The position numbers and the translations under genes were made by a program. Shown here one piece after another: positions 49,162-58,666 of a stretch of DNA of 64,000 bases. Within the stretch, counting starts at the first letter, position 1. Every line of letters begins with the position of its first letter. The notes below the pieces were generated by a model. That model did not search any database. It saw nothing but the letters and a program-made list of their open reading frames with translations, and had not been told where the DNA came from. Source of the DNA: Alphaproteobacteria bacterium (GTDB taxonomy: Bacteria > Pseudomonadota > Alphaproteobacteria > Rs-D84); contig JAFZZS010000005.1 in the NCBI GenBank assembly GCA_017615655.1, forward strand, positions 80,445-144,444, given 5' to 3'.

Positions 49162-50145
49162 ATGAAGAAAAAAGTTACAAGACAAACACAGACCAAGGTG
49201 GCTGCGGCTCGTGGCGTTCAAATTAAAACATCTGAACGTGCATCGCGTAGTACATCATCATGGTCAATGTCGATTTATGTTTACTGGTTTATCATTTTAT
49301 TCTTTATTGCAGCAACGTTTTATATTTTGGGACGTAGTCATGTGATTCAGCACACAAGCAATGTCGCGTCAACTGAAATTACCGAAGAAAACTTAATGCG
49401 TGCTGGTGACTTTTATACACGTGGCAAGAGCGAAATATTGGCAGGCAATATGGACGAAGCAATTGCTGATTTGACTGCTGCGGTCAAGGCGGACGAAGGA
49501 ATGATTGATGCATATATATTACGTGGCGAGGCCTATATGCAAATCGGTGATTATCAATCCGCGATGATTGATTTTAATACGGCACTTGTGATTGATGAAA
49601 CAAATTCAATTGCATATTACGATCGTTCTTTATTGAACACCCGTTTAGAAGATTTCAACGCCGCGATGAATGATATAAACAATGCGCTGGCCACATATGC
49701 GGCGAAACCAAATGATATATTGCAGATGCGCGATTTATATGCAAAACGTGGGCAGTTAAATTTGTGGTTAAAGAATTGGGAAGGTGCAATCGCAGACTAT
49801 ACGAATTCACTTGCTCGCCCAGAAGGTACAGTTAGTGCATCTGTTTATGCAGAACGTGCCGAGGCATATACCGCACTTGGTGCATATAATGATGCAATCA
49901 ATGATTATACATCGGCGATTCGCGTGATTTCAGAACAAATCCAAGGCACTACAACGATGGAGCAAAAAGAAGATTTATCTATGCATGCAATGACATATTT
50001 TGAAAAATCTGCCGGATTAAATCTTAATATTGGTAACATTGCGGGTGCAAAATCTGATTTGGAATCTGCATATGCAATAGCAACATCATTGAATGATGAA
50101 GATACCGCAGATAGATTACAAAAGCTTATTGAAGCATTACAGTGA
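49162..50145 (+). CDS. Membrane-anchored TPR protein
   Basis: One TM helix followed by multiple TPRs (AY..RG, A..D..A). Confidence 0.8.
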   Translation: MKKKVTRQTQTKVAAARGVQIKTSERASRSTSSWSMSIYVYWFIILFFIAATFYILGRSHVIQHTSNVASTEITEENLMRAGDFYTRGKSEILAGNMDEAIADLTAAVKADEGMIDAYILRGEAYMQIGDYQSAMIDFNTALVIDETNSIAYYDRSLLNTRLEDFNAAMNDINNALATYAAKPNDILQMRDLYAKRGQLNLWLKNWEGAIADYTNSLARPEGTVSASVYAERAEAYTALGAYNDAINDYTSAIRVISEQIQGTTTMEQKEDLSMHAMTYFEKSAGLNLNIGNIAGAKSDLESAYAIATSLNDEDTADRLQKLIEALQ

Positions 50146-50160
50146 AACCAAAACATGTAT

Positions 50161-50191
50161 AAAAAAAGCATCCCTTTTGGGATGCTTTTTT
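50161..50191. terminator. Bidirectional terminator
   Basis: A7-gcatccc-tttt-gggatgc-T6. Confidence 0.85.
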
Positions 50192-50193
50192 AA

Positions 50194-51216
50194 TTAAAAT
50201 GTTACACGCAAACCTGCGGCTAAGAAAGGTTCTGCACGCGATATACCGACCGATGTCCAACCATCTATGTATTTACTGTATTTATATCTAAATGAAGCCA
50301 GGGCAGTGTGATCATTATGATTTTTAAATTCATCATGCCATATACCTGTTTCGGAAAATATGTATGACAATGATAGAGTATAATTTAATAAATCATAACT
50401 GATGCCGGCACCAGCAGTTATACCATCGGCTGCAACATCAATGGGGTTTTCGTCATAAATCAAACGCCCATTAAGTGCAAAAATCCAACTGTTATATTGA
50501 ATGTTTGTACCAATTGCCAGTTGTCCACGCCAATCGGCTGTAACTTTTGGAACAAATGTTGCAGTTTCATAATCATCAAGATGATTCATAAATGATGCAC
50601 CAATTGAAAACGCATATTTTGTTTTGCTTGATGATTGTTTAATTTTTATTCCAGCATCGACACCAAAATCATAATCACCGGTAATTCCCGCAACGGATAC
50701 ACCATATTGAATATTATTACGCGATGCAGAGACGATATTCAATCTTAGCGCATCGGTGCCATTGGTAATTTCATTATTTGCGATAACCGGTCCACCGGTT
50801 CCCATTTTACGATAAATAAGAGAATCGTGATTTATTCGCATTCCACCGACATCTGGCAGCCCAAGCCCCAGTTTGTGAGCAACAGAATCTGTGAATCCAG
50901 CCTCTATGCGACCAACGCCACGCCATTGCCAGAAACCAAATGCATCATGTAGCCAATTATCTTCATACACAGCATCTTCGTCTATCATATATACTAAACC
51001 AAAGGCATGTGTATCAGAAGGTGTGTACATCACCTGACCACGAACACGAAAATCACCAATAAAATCTGGCTTGTCAAAGTTCGGCTCAATAATACCCGCG
51101 GTTCCATAACCCGTCAGCGAGAAATTAAAATTATCTGTTTTATAACCAAGTGCGTTTGCATTAAACGGCGCGACTGCCGCCAAAATTACACCAATAGAAC
51201 ATAATTTATTCGTCAT
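50194..51216 (-). CDS. Outer-membrane porin
   Basis: Signal peptide, GRIEAG..DSVA..L motif of alpha porins, C-terminal Phe (AGLRVTF). Confidence 0.8.
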   Translation of the reverse strand: MTNKLCSIGVILAAVAPFNANALGYKTDNFNFSLTGYGTAGIIEPNFDKPDFIGDFRVRGQVMYTPSDTHAFGLVYMIDEDAVYEDNWLHDAFGFWQWRGVGRIEAGFTDSVAHKLGLGLPDVGGMRINHDSLIYRKMGTGGPVIANNEITNGTDALRLNIVSASRNNIQYGVSVAGITGDYDFGVDAGIKIKQSSSKTKYAFSIGASFMNHLDDYETATFVPKVTADWRGQLAIGTNIQYNSWIFALNGRLIYDENPIDVAADGITAGAGISYDLLNYTLSLSYIFSETGIWHDEFKNHNDHTALASFRYKYSKYIDGWTSVGISRAEPFLAAGLRVTF

Positions 51217-52129
51217 CGTTTTTACCCATGGTTTCTGCCAAAATTGCATCACGCAATTTATTATAGGCGCGTTCTTCGATTTGTCTTACACGTTCACGCG
51301 AAATATTATACTTTTTTGATAACATTTCAAGTGTAGCCGCTGGTTCGCTAAGTCTGCGTGCTTTTAATATTTCTCTATCTCGTTCAGGCAAATTTGCAAA
51401 ATGTTTTTTTAACAGCACACCACCGCGTGTCAAAAGTTCATTTCGTTCACTGTCTTCAACTATACTGGTGCCAGTATCTGCCATATTAGAAAGCATATCT
51501 GCACTATCTTGTTCTGCGGTTCTTGCGGGTGCATTAAGTGACAGGTCGCGTGCAACGATTCGTGTTGACATACGTCTTACATCTTCGGCAGGCACACTAA
51601 GGTATTCTGCAATTTTCTCGGTCTGTTCATCCGATAGGTTACCGTCCATGATTCCTAATGCACGTTTTGCCCGTGCAAGATTAAAGAAAACACGTTTTTG
51701 ATTTGCAGATGTCCCGATTTTTACAATAGACCAATTATTTAATATTGTTTCATATATCTCTGCGCGAATCCAAAACATTGCATAGGTTGAAAATCTAAAA
51801 CCACGTTCAGGATCAAATTTTTGTAATGCTTGCATTAATCCCATATTACCACTTGCCACAAGTTCTTGGACTGGAATCCCATAATTACGGAAATCATAGG
51901 CAACCGATACGACGAGCCGCAAGTGACTAACTAGTAATTTTTCTGCTGCGGTATTATCTTTGTCTTTTACCCATTTTGTTGCGTATTCATATTCTTCTTC
52001 GGCAGAAAGTATAGGAAACTGGCTTATTGTGCGAATATAACTTGTTAAACTGGTATCATCACCATAGGTTGGTATGGCGATGCTGGTTTCTGATTTTGGT
52101 ACTAATGCGTTCTTGATTTGCTTTTTCAT
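51206..52129 (-). CDS. rpoH: RNA polymerase sigma-32 factor
   Basis: SHLRLVV, KFDPERGFRFSTYA, RpoH box WSIVKIGTSANQKRVFFNL, SRERVRQIE. Confidence 0.96.
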   Translation of the reverse strand: MKKQIKNALVPKSETSIAIPTYGDDTSLTSYIRTISQFPILSAEEEYEYATKWVKDKDNTAAEKLLVSHLRLVVSVAYDFRNYGIPVQELVASGNMGLMQALQKFDPERGFRFSTYAMFWIRAEIYETILNNWSIVKIGTSANQKRVFFNLARAKRALGIMDGNLSDEQTEKIAEYLSVPAEDVRRMSTRIVARDLSLNAPARTAEQDSADMLSNMADTGTSIVEDSERNELLTRGGVLLKKHFANLPERDREILKARRLSEPAATLEMLSKKYNISRERVRQIEERAYNKLRDAILAETMGKNDDE

Positions 52130-52196
52130 AACGTTTATAGTATAGCAATAAAATAGAAATTATCAAGATACCAAAAAAAATACAGGAGAATTTTAT

Positions 52197-52847
52197 ATGG
52201 CAAACATGCTTGAAAGAAATAAAAAGGTCAAAGCCCCACAGAAAACCTACCAAGAACACGCCGAAGATGCTCTTTATCGTGAGGTGTGGGAAGATGTGAA
52301 TAATGAAAAAACTCAGCAGTTTTTGAAAAAATATGGCAAATATATTGTTGCAGGTGCAATTGCTATTATGATTATTGTTACGTCAATCCAAATTGGTATT
52401 CGGGCGCATAATGCAGCAAAAATGGCTACGGCTGAAAATTATGAAACTGCTCTTGAAAATACGGATGTAAACGCATTGGTGGGAATTTCTAAGAACGCAT
52501 CAGGTGCAACGGCAGATTTAGCACTGTTCCAAGCGTATGTTTTAGACCAAGATGTTTCGAAATTAGATGATTTGGTTAAAAATGGTAATACCGAGGAATT
52601 TCGTGATTTGGCGCGCATGCATGTGGTCAGTATACGTGGTGATGAAATGGATGCCAAGGCGGTAGAGGAATACCTGGCACCATTGAACACAAAAAGTTCG
52701 CCATTCTATTATACGGCGTTGCTTACGGTTGCTCAAAAATATTTATCAATTGGCGAACGCGATGCCGCAAATCAGTGGCTTGATAAAATTTTGAATGATT
52801 CAAATGCCCCGGCAGTTATTCGTTCAAATGCTGAAAGCTTAAGGTAG
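52197..52847 (+). CDS. YfgM-like TPR membrane protein
   Basis: LYREV.EDV..EK..F.KKYG, TM helix, TPR-like helices; in the yfgM-bamB-der position. Confidence 0.75.
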   Translation: MANMLERNKKVKAPQKTYQEHAEDALYREVWEDVNNEKTQQFLKKYGKYIVAGAIAIMIIVTSIQIGIRAHNAAKMATAENYETALENTDVNALVGISKNASGATADLALFQAYVLDQDVSKLDDLVKNGNTEEFRDLARMHVVSIRGDEMDAKAVEEYLAPLNTKSSPFYYTALLTVAQKYLSIGERDAANQWLDKILNDSNAPAVIRSNAESLR

Positions 52848-52854
52848 AAATTAA

Positions 52855-53583
52855 ATGCGCAAATGGGTGCTTTTTTGTGGTGCAGTCGTGCTTGTTACCG
52901 CGTGTGACAAACATGATCCTATTTTACCCGGGGTGCGCAGTGATATATTTGCGACTAATTCCCTAAATATTTTGGATAAGCCTGTTCCAAATGTGGTTGA
53001 TAATATCGCACAATCAGATGTCGAAGATTGTCCATATATCCAAAAATCAGACAATACAGTATGGGATGGAACGCGAAAGATATTTTCTGGATTTGCAACA
53101 AATAATTCTGTGGCGGGTGAAAAAACGCCAATTTGTCGGGGAAATTTCGTGTATGCCGGATTATCTACGGGTGAGTTGGTAAAATTTAATGCCAAGACAC
53201 GGCAAATTGTATGGATTGCAGATGTATACAGGGCAAGCAATATGACGGGTGGTGCATCGGTTGTTGATATTGTTGCGCCTGCGCAAATTTACAAAAACAA
53301 TGTCTATGTTGGCGGACTTGGGGATGCGTTTTGTAAAATATCGGATAAAACCGGAAACACCGCGTGGTGTATAGAGATTGGTGTGGAAAAGCCTTTTATA
53401 ATCGCCGATACCGTGGCATATGTTTTAGATACGGAAAAAAATTTAAATGCGGTCCGTTTATCTGATGGCGCAATATATTGGCGTACTGGGGTTAAAAAAT
53501 CCAGGGTTCCAAAATACAAGGATAAAACAATCAATGTTGGTCATGAAAAGATTGATGCCGAAACAGGTAAAATATTGAAATAA
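52855..53583 (+). CDS. bamB: Short BamB-like PQQ beta-propeller lipoprotein
   Basis: Lipobox VTAC, LPG.R, PQQ-like repeats (GELVKFNAKT..W; LNAV..DG.IYW); only 242 aa. Confidence 0.65.
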   Translation: MRKWVLFCGAVVLVTACDKHDPILPGVRSDIFATNSLNILDKPVPNVVDNIAQSDVEDCPYIQKSDNTVWDGTRKIFSGFATNNSVAGEKTPICRGNFVYAGLSTGELVKFNAKTRQIVWIADVYRASNMTGGASVVDIVAPAQIYKNNVYVGGLGDAFCKISDKTGNTAWCIEIGVEKPFIIADTVAYVLDTEKNLNAVRLSDGAIYWRTGVKKSRVPKYKDKTINVGHEKIDAETGKILK

Positions 53584-53584
53584 T

Positions 53585-53608
53585 AAATCCCGCAAATGCG
53601 GGATATTT
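53585..53608. terminator. Terminator between bamB-like and YIP1 genes
   Basis: aaatcccgc-aaat-gcgggatattt. Confidence 0.7.
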
Positions 53609-53610
53609 AT

Positions 53611-54204
53611 TTATAACAAACATGATAATGCGGCACTGGTGTTCTTCATCAGTAACCATCCAATATGATAATCGGATAGATATACAGTTAATAAAAACAA
53701 CGCAAAGATTCCAACAACAGTTATTACTGCGCCACGCTTGCCACGCATACAATATAACGCGATATTATAGAATAAAAATAATACATACAAATCACCAATA
53801 ATGCTGATTATCCATAAAGAAATACAATTAAAAGCCAACGCATTCATAACAAGTATAACAGGATAAATAAAGAATATAGATGCTAAACCTTTTATCGCAA
53901 TTTCCCAATCACGCTCGCCACCAGTAATCTCAGATACCAGCATCATAAGACCACCGCCAACAAAAAGCAATGCCACCGCTACAACTGGAACAATAACAAT
54001 TGCGGTAAATACAGAATTAATAGTCACTGTTGCGCCACCAATCAAACGCAACCCCAAAACCAAAACACCACCAATTAGCCCATATATAAATGCCTTTAAC
54101 ATTGATTCTTCGATATCACCATCTGCGACAATTTTCGAAAAGAAACGACGCGGGTTTATAATTACGTCTTTGGTCGAGTTATACCATTTTTTTATTTTTT
54201 TCAT
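53611..54204 (-). CDS. YIP1-family membrane protein
   Basis: DVIINPRRFF N-terminus and about 5 TM helices. Confidence 0.7.
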   Translation of the reverse strand: MKKIKKWYNSTKDVIINPRRFFSKIVADGDIEESMLKAFIYGLIGGVLVLGLRLIGGATVTINSVFTAIVIVPVVAVALLFVGGGLMMLVSEITGGERDWEIAIKGLASIFFIYPVILVMNALAFNCISLWIISIIGDLYVLFLFYNIALYCMRGKRGAVITVVGIFALFLLTVYLSDYHIGWLLMKNTSAALSCLL

Positions 54205-54274
54205 GTTCGCGTCCCCCTTTATTTGATTATTTATATTTTTGCTTTATAATTATAAAAAATCAATGGAAAAAGCA

Positions 54275-55609
54275 ATGATAAAAATAACAATAGCCGGACG
54301 GCCAAATACAGGTAAATCTACATTGTTTAATGCGTTGACAGGAACGCGAGATGCGCTTGTGCATGATCGTCCAGGGGTAACGCGCGATACGATATACGGA
54401 ACCCTTTCAATACGCTCAGATTGTCAGATTTGTGATACCGCTGGATTAGAAAATGCACGCAAAGGTATTGCTGCTGATTCAACGGGCATGGCATTGGACG
54501 CAATTTCTTCGGCAGATGCTATTTTGTTCGTTGTTGATGGGCGCGCAGGTTTATTGTCCGAAGATATGGATTGGGCGCGAACTGTACGTCGCAAGACGCG
54601 TGCGCCAGTATTATTATTAGTTAATAAATCAGAATCTGGCAAAAGATTAAATAATATTCACGATTTCTATAAATTAGGTTTTGGAGAGCCTGTTTTGATA
54701 TCTGCAGAACATAAAACTGGTTTTGATTCCATATTTGAATTTTTAGAGCATATTGCACCTGTGACCAAAGGTGATAATACCAAGGAGGAACCCGAAAGAC
54801 GTGTTAAAATAGCAGTCTTGGGACAACCAAATGTCGGCAAATCTACACTGGTAAATCGGGTACTGGGGGAAAATCGCCAAATAGTCAAAGATGAACCCGG
54901 TGTAACACGCGATACAGTCAAAATTCCTGTGAAATTTTACGGACGTGATATTTTATTAATGGATACCGCTGGATTACGTCGTAAATCAAATGTTCATGAT
55001 GATGTTGAAACATTGTCCGCACTAAAATCACTGGATGCGATTGAAAAGTCTGATGTGGTTATTTTAGTTGTTGATGCAACGCGCGATATTGAAAATCAAG
55101 CACTAGGGATTGCTGCACGTGTATATGATGCGGGTAAAATTCTGTGTGTTGCATTAAATAAATGGGACCTTGTTGATGCGGATGAACGTGACGAAAAATT
55201 ATTAAAATTGAAACATCATTTTACAAATTCTTTTCATCAGATAATAAAGCCGATGATACTTGCAATATCTGCCGAAACGGGAACAGGCGTTCAAAATATG
55301 TTTAAACGTATTTATGAACAATGGGATATTTCAAATACAACCGCCCCAACAAGTTTGCTAAACAAGATAATTGGCGAATTAGTCGAATCACGCCAGCCCC
55401 CAATGTCGCGCCTAAAACGGCCGATGAGAATTAAGTTTGCATCACAAACTGGACGTCATCCGATGCGTATAACCATAAATGTTGGTGGGGCATCTGATAT
55501 CCCAGAATCATACACCAGGTATCTGCGGCGTGGCATTGCGTCGGCATTAAAGTGGGAACATTTGCCCATCACAATTGAATATAAAAAAGCAGATAACCCG
55601 TTTGATTAA
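54275..55609 (+). CDS. der: Ribosome biogenesis GTPase Der (EngA)
   Basis: Two G domains: GRPNTGKSTLFN/DTAG/NKSE and GQPNVGKSTL/DTAG/NKWD. Confidence 0.95.
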   Translation: MIKITIAGRPNTGKSTLFNALTGTRDALVHDRPGVTRDTIYGTLSIRSDCQICDTAGLENARKGIAADSTGMALDAISSADAILFVVDGRAGLLSEDMDWARTVRRKTRAPVLLLVNKSESGKRLNNIHDFYKLGFGEPVLISAEHKTGFDSIFEFLEHIAPVTKGDNTKEEPERRVKIAVLGQPNVGKSTLVNRVLGENRQIVKDEPGVTRDTVKIPVKFYGRDILLMDTAGLRRKSNVHDDVETLSALKSLDAIEKSDVVILVVDATRDIENQALGIAARVYDAGKILCVALNKWDLVDADERDEKLLKLKHHFTNSFHQIIKPMILAISAETGTGVQNMFKRIYEQWDISNTTAPTSLLNKIIGELVESRQPPMSRLKRPMRIKFASQTGRHPMRITINVGGASDIPESYTRYLRRGIASALKWEHLPITIEYKKADNPFD

Positions 55610-55616
55610 ATATTTA

Positions 55617-55961
55617 CTAATTTAATGTAGTCAAAAACATTGGAAAGGCGTTTTCTTCGTCATCAACATTTTCGGTTGATTCGGCTTGTTCTTGGGCATC
55701 AGTGACCACGGTATCACTGGCGGGTAAATCCACCGGTGTTTTAGGATCACGAGTCGAATCAATTTTGCTTTGTTCTTCGTTTACTATACGTCCATAATGT
55801 TCCGCCGCCTGAAGCAAGCGTTCCCGTTCAATTTCGTCGGTTGCCACGCGTGCCTGGTCCATGTATTGTTTACGTTTTTGGCGCCATTTATGACAGCGTT
55901 GAATCATCATGCCAACAGACGATTGGTTCTTTGCAGAAGGTTGATTTTTTCGATTTAACAT
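55617..55961 (-). CDS. DUF4167 domain protein
   Basis: Y.DQAR.A..E.ER.LQ.AEHY.RI signature, acidic tail. Confidence 0.7.
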   Translation of the reverse strand: MLNRKNQPSAKNQSSVGMMIQRCHKWRQKRKQYMDQARVATDEIERERLLQAAEHYGRIVNEEQSKIDSTRDPKTPVDLPASDTVVTDAQEQAESTENVDDEENAFPMFLTTLN

Positions 55962-56106
55962 ATTTTTTCTTTTGTTTTGGAAATAAGTTATGGACGAAGG
56001 CTTTTGCCACACCGTCCCCATCAAACAAGAGTAATGTTAAAACATCTTAAAAGCGATTGCAATATTTTTTTTCAATTGCTATGCTTTCATTATACAAGGG
56101 GGGATT

Positions 56107-57474
56107 GTGCATACACAACGCGGTAATTTTTTACTTCAGGCATTACTTGCACTGACATTGGTGTTTGTGTTTATACCGTTTTTTGCAAAACGTTTAGCAC
56201 TAAGTGACATCAGCTCCCAAATGTATGCCACAACACGTCAGGTTGATGTGGCAAAGACCGCGTCTCGAATTTATATCCAAGAAAATGCTGATTCATTACC
56301 TTATAACAAGGTTGTATTATCTGGCGATAAGTTTTCCGATGTTCTTGAACCTTATGGTTTGCCATTGGGATTTATTGCGCGAACTGCGCTGGGTCAGGAC
56401 ATAAGTTTGATTATAAACAAGGATAGCGAAGAAATTACCGCATTTTTGCGTCTAAGCGGTGGAAACCTAAATACTATTCAACGTGCAGAACTGGCCCGCA
56501 GAATCGGATTTTACGCTGTGTACAATGTAAATGAACCTGATGGCGATATAGATGTTGGTATACAGCTTGGTGATACTTATTCTGACGTTGTAAAAAGAAA
56601 TGAAAAAAATTCTGATTTTGTTGGTTTTTTGACAGATCTTGATATGGGCGGATTTCGTTTTGATAATGCCGCAAATATTTTAGGGATGCGTGCGGCCTTT
56701 GATACGGGTGAAATAACAACACTTTCAATAACAGGAAATGAAGTAGGTCGCAAAGAAAGAAACAATATAAAAGCAATAAATGCGAACAAAGTTGTATTTC
56801 AAACTGGGTCTGGGGAATCAGCATTGTCACTTACGCGTGGAACATTAAAAGCAGATGCATTAGTTGCGCGCACAATATCAAAATTTGGTGAAACAGGAAA
56901 CTTAATAGCGGTCGATGCTGCGTTTGATAATTTTGATATGACTACTGGTCGAACTGGCTTTACCGGACCAGACAAATGGAATATTGGTGGTAATGTCGTA
57001 ACCAGTCGCATAACATTCAGTCTTGAAAGATTGGAAGTTTCGTCGTTTGTGAATGCAACACGGGGTCAAGATGTTTTCATAGATGCTGATACCCTTTCTT
57101 ACAGCACCGCCAGTGGTATAGAAACAAATAACATCTATTCATCGCATATAACTCTGCGTGACCAAACATCTGATAGTTTGTCGCGTGGCGGCAGTGGGGC
57201 TGTTATTTTAGATATTCGTCCTGCAGGCGCATCAGTTTTACCGGATGCACTAGTTGATACAATAAATAACGAATCTTTTTCAATTTTAGCAAATCCGACA
57301 ACTGATAATGATAATACCATAAAGTGCGAGTCAATTATTAGTGATTTGGGCAGTACTTATAATCAAAAATCACTAGCGCAATATATAATTTGTCAGTATG
57401 TGTTCTGGCAAAGACTTGAACACAGAATAAGTGTGAAACAATGTCTAATGGAGGGCGGTAATGATTGCAAGTAA
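56107..57474 (+). CDS. PilV-like minor pilin/adhesin 1
   Basis: GTG start, QRG|NFLLQ plus hydrophobic helix with P18-F19, TDLDMGG...NA motif. Confidence 0.7.
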   Translation: MHTQRGNFLLQALLALTLVFVFIPFFAKRLALSDISSQMYATTRQVDVAKTASRIYIQENADSLPYNKVVLSGDKFSDVLEPYGLPLGFIARTALGQDISLIINKDSEEITAFLRLSGGNLNTIQRAELARRIGFYAVYNVNEPDGDIDVGIQLGDTYSDVVKRNEKNSDFVGFLTDLDMGGFRFDNAANILGMRAAFDTGEITTLSITGNEVGRKERNNIKAINANKVVFQTGSGESALSLTRGTLKADALVARTISKFGETGNLIAVDAAFDNFDMTTGRTGFTGPDKWNIGGNVVTSRITFSLERLEVSSFVNATRGQDVFIDADTLSYSTASGIETNNIYSSHITLRDQTSDSLSRGGSGAVILDIRPAGASVLPDALVDTINNESFSILANPTTDNDNTIKCESIISDLGSTYNQKSLAQYIICQYVFWQRLEHRISVKQCLMEGGNDCK

Positions 57475-58666
57475 ATTAAGAATCTTTTCGCCCAAATCAA
57501 AACAAGAAATTGTTGCACAGCACGGTGGTGGGTTGGTGGAAATTTTATTGGCATTGGTAATTGTTTCTGTGGCGGCACCTTTTACGTATTCAATGATTTC
57601 AGAAACGACACATACGATGCATAACATGGCCATGGCAAATGATATAATAAGTTTGCGTAATGGGGTTTTGAACTTTATTCGTGTAAATCAAGACTTATGG
57701 CCAGAAACCGCGCAAATAAAACTATCTGACGAAGAGTTAGCAGAATTTTCAGATTCTATTTCTGCTGGTTTTATAGATAAATATTCAGTATATGGTGGTT
57801 TGGTCATAGATGTATATTTATCATTTGATTTTCAACTGCCGACAAAACGCGTTGCGCAAATTGCTAATAATATTGGTTCAGATGCTGCAATTGTGGGTAT
57901 TGATGGTGTGGCGTATGGTGATACCTGGGCGGTAACCAGTCCAGATTTTAGACCAGGAAATTTAATTTATAAAATAACACGCAGTTTATCCGATTTGGAT
58001 ACCGCGCGTTTCTTGCATCGTGGTTCATCAGGTGAAGATAATTTGAATGTTATGGAACGTGATTTAAATATGGGTGGACACGATGTTTATAATGTCGGGG
58101 GCATAGATGCGAAATCTATTCGTGTTCGTAATTTAGATGCAACGTTTGTTGATGCAGAAAGCATAAATGCCAAGAATGTGTATTTTTCATCGGGGGCAAA
58201 TGTAAATGGTGATAATGTAAAAATTGGAACATTACGTGTTTCTGGTGATGTAACAGGTTTTAGAAATATAGAAGCCCAAAGAATTAATAATTCTGCATAT
58301 ACGGTGAATGGGCGCATAATAGCTGACCGTGCAACGATAAATAAATCTGTCAATGTTGCACGTGATTTTAAACTTAAATCTACATCGTTAAAAACAATCA
58401 GCGGTTTTGCGGGTATGACAGTTGGGTCTGTTTATGCACCATATATTTCTACGGACGAGATAATATTTTATGAAAGTTTCGGATTGACGGTGTCTGGGGA
58501 ATTATTGGTATCGACAACCGCGCCAATAAAGTTTGGCAGTTGGGTATTTCCGTCTACGACACCACCATCATTTAGTGCATTAAATTTAACACGGGCGACA
58601 ATGCCCCTTCCGCCAGAAACAGAAGAATTCAAGGCGATATTAACAAAAGATTGGAAAACGAAATGA
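57461..58666 (+). CDS. PilV-like minor pilin/adhesin 2
   Basis: QHG|GGLVE, P18-F19, RFLHR...LNVMERDLNMGGHDVYNVG (shufflon-N-like). Confidence 0.75.
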   Translation: MIASKLRIFSPKSKQEIVAQHGGGLVEILLALVIVSVAAPFTYSMISETTHTMHNMAMANDIISLRNGVLNFIRVNQDLWPETAQIKLSDEELAEFSDSISAGFIDKYSVYGGLVIDVYLSFDFQLPTKRVAQIANNIGSDAAIVGIDGVAYGDTWAVTSPDFRPGNLIYKITRSLSDLDTARFLHRGSSGEDNLNVMERDLNMGGHDVYNVGGIDAKSIRVRNLDATFVDAESINAKNVYFSSGANVNGDNVKIGTLRVSGDVTGFRNIEAQRINNSAYTVNGRIIADRATINKSVNVARDFKLKSTSLKTISGFAGMTVGSVYAPYISTDEIIFYESFGLTVSGELLVSTTAPIKFGSWVFPSTTPPSFSALNLTRATMPLPPETEEFKAILTKDWKTK

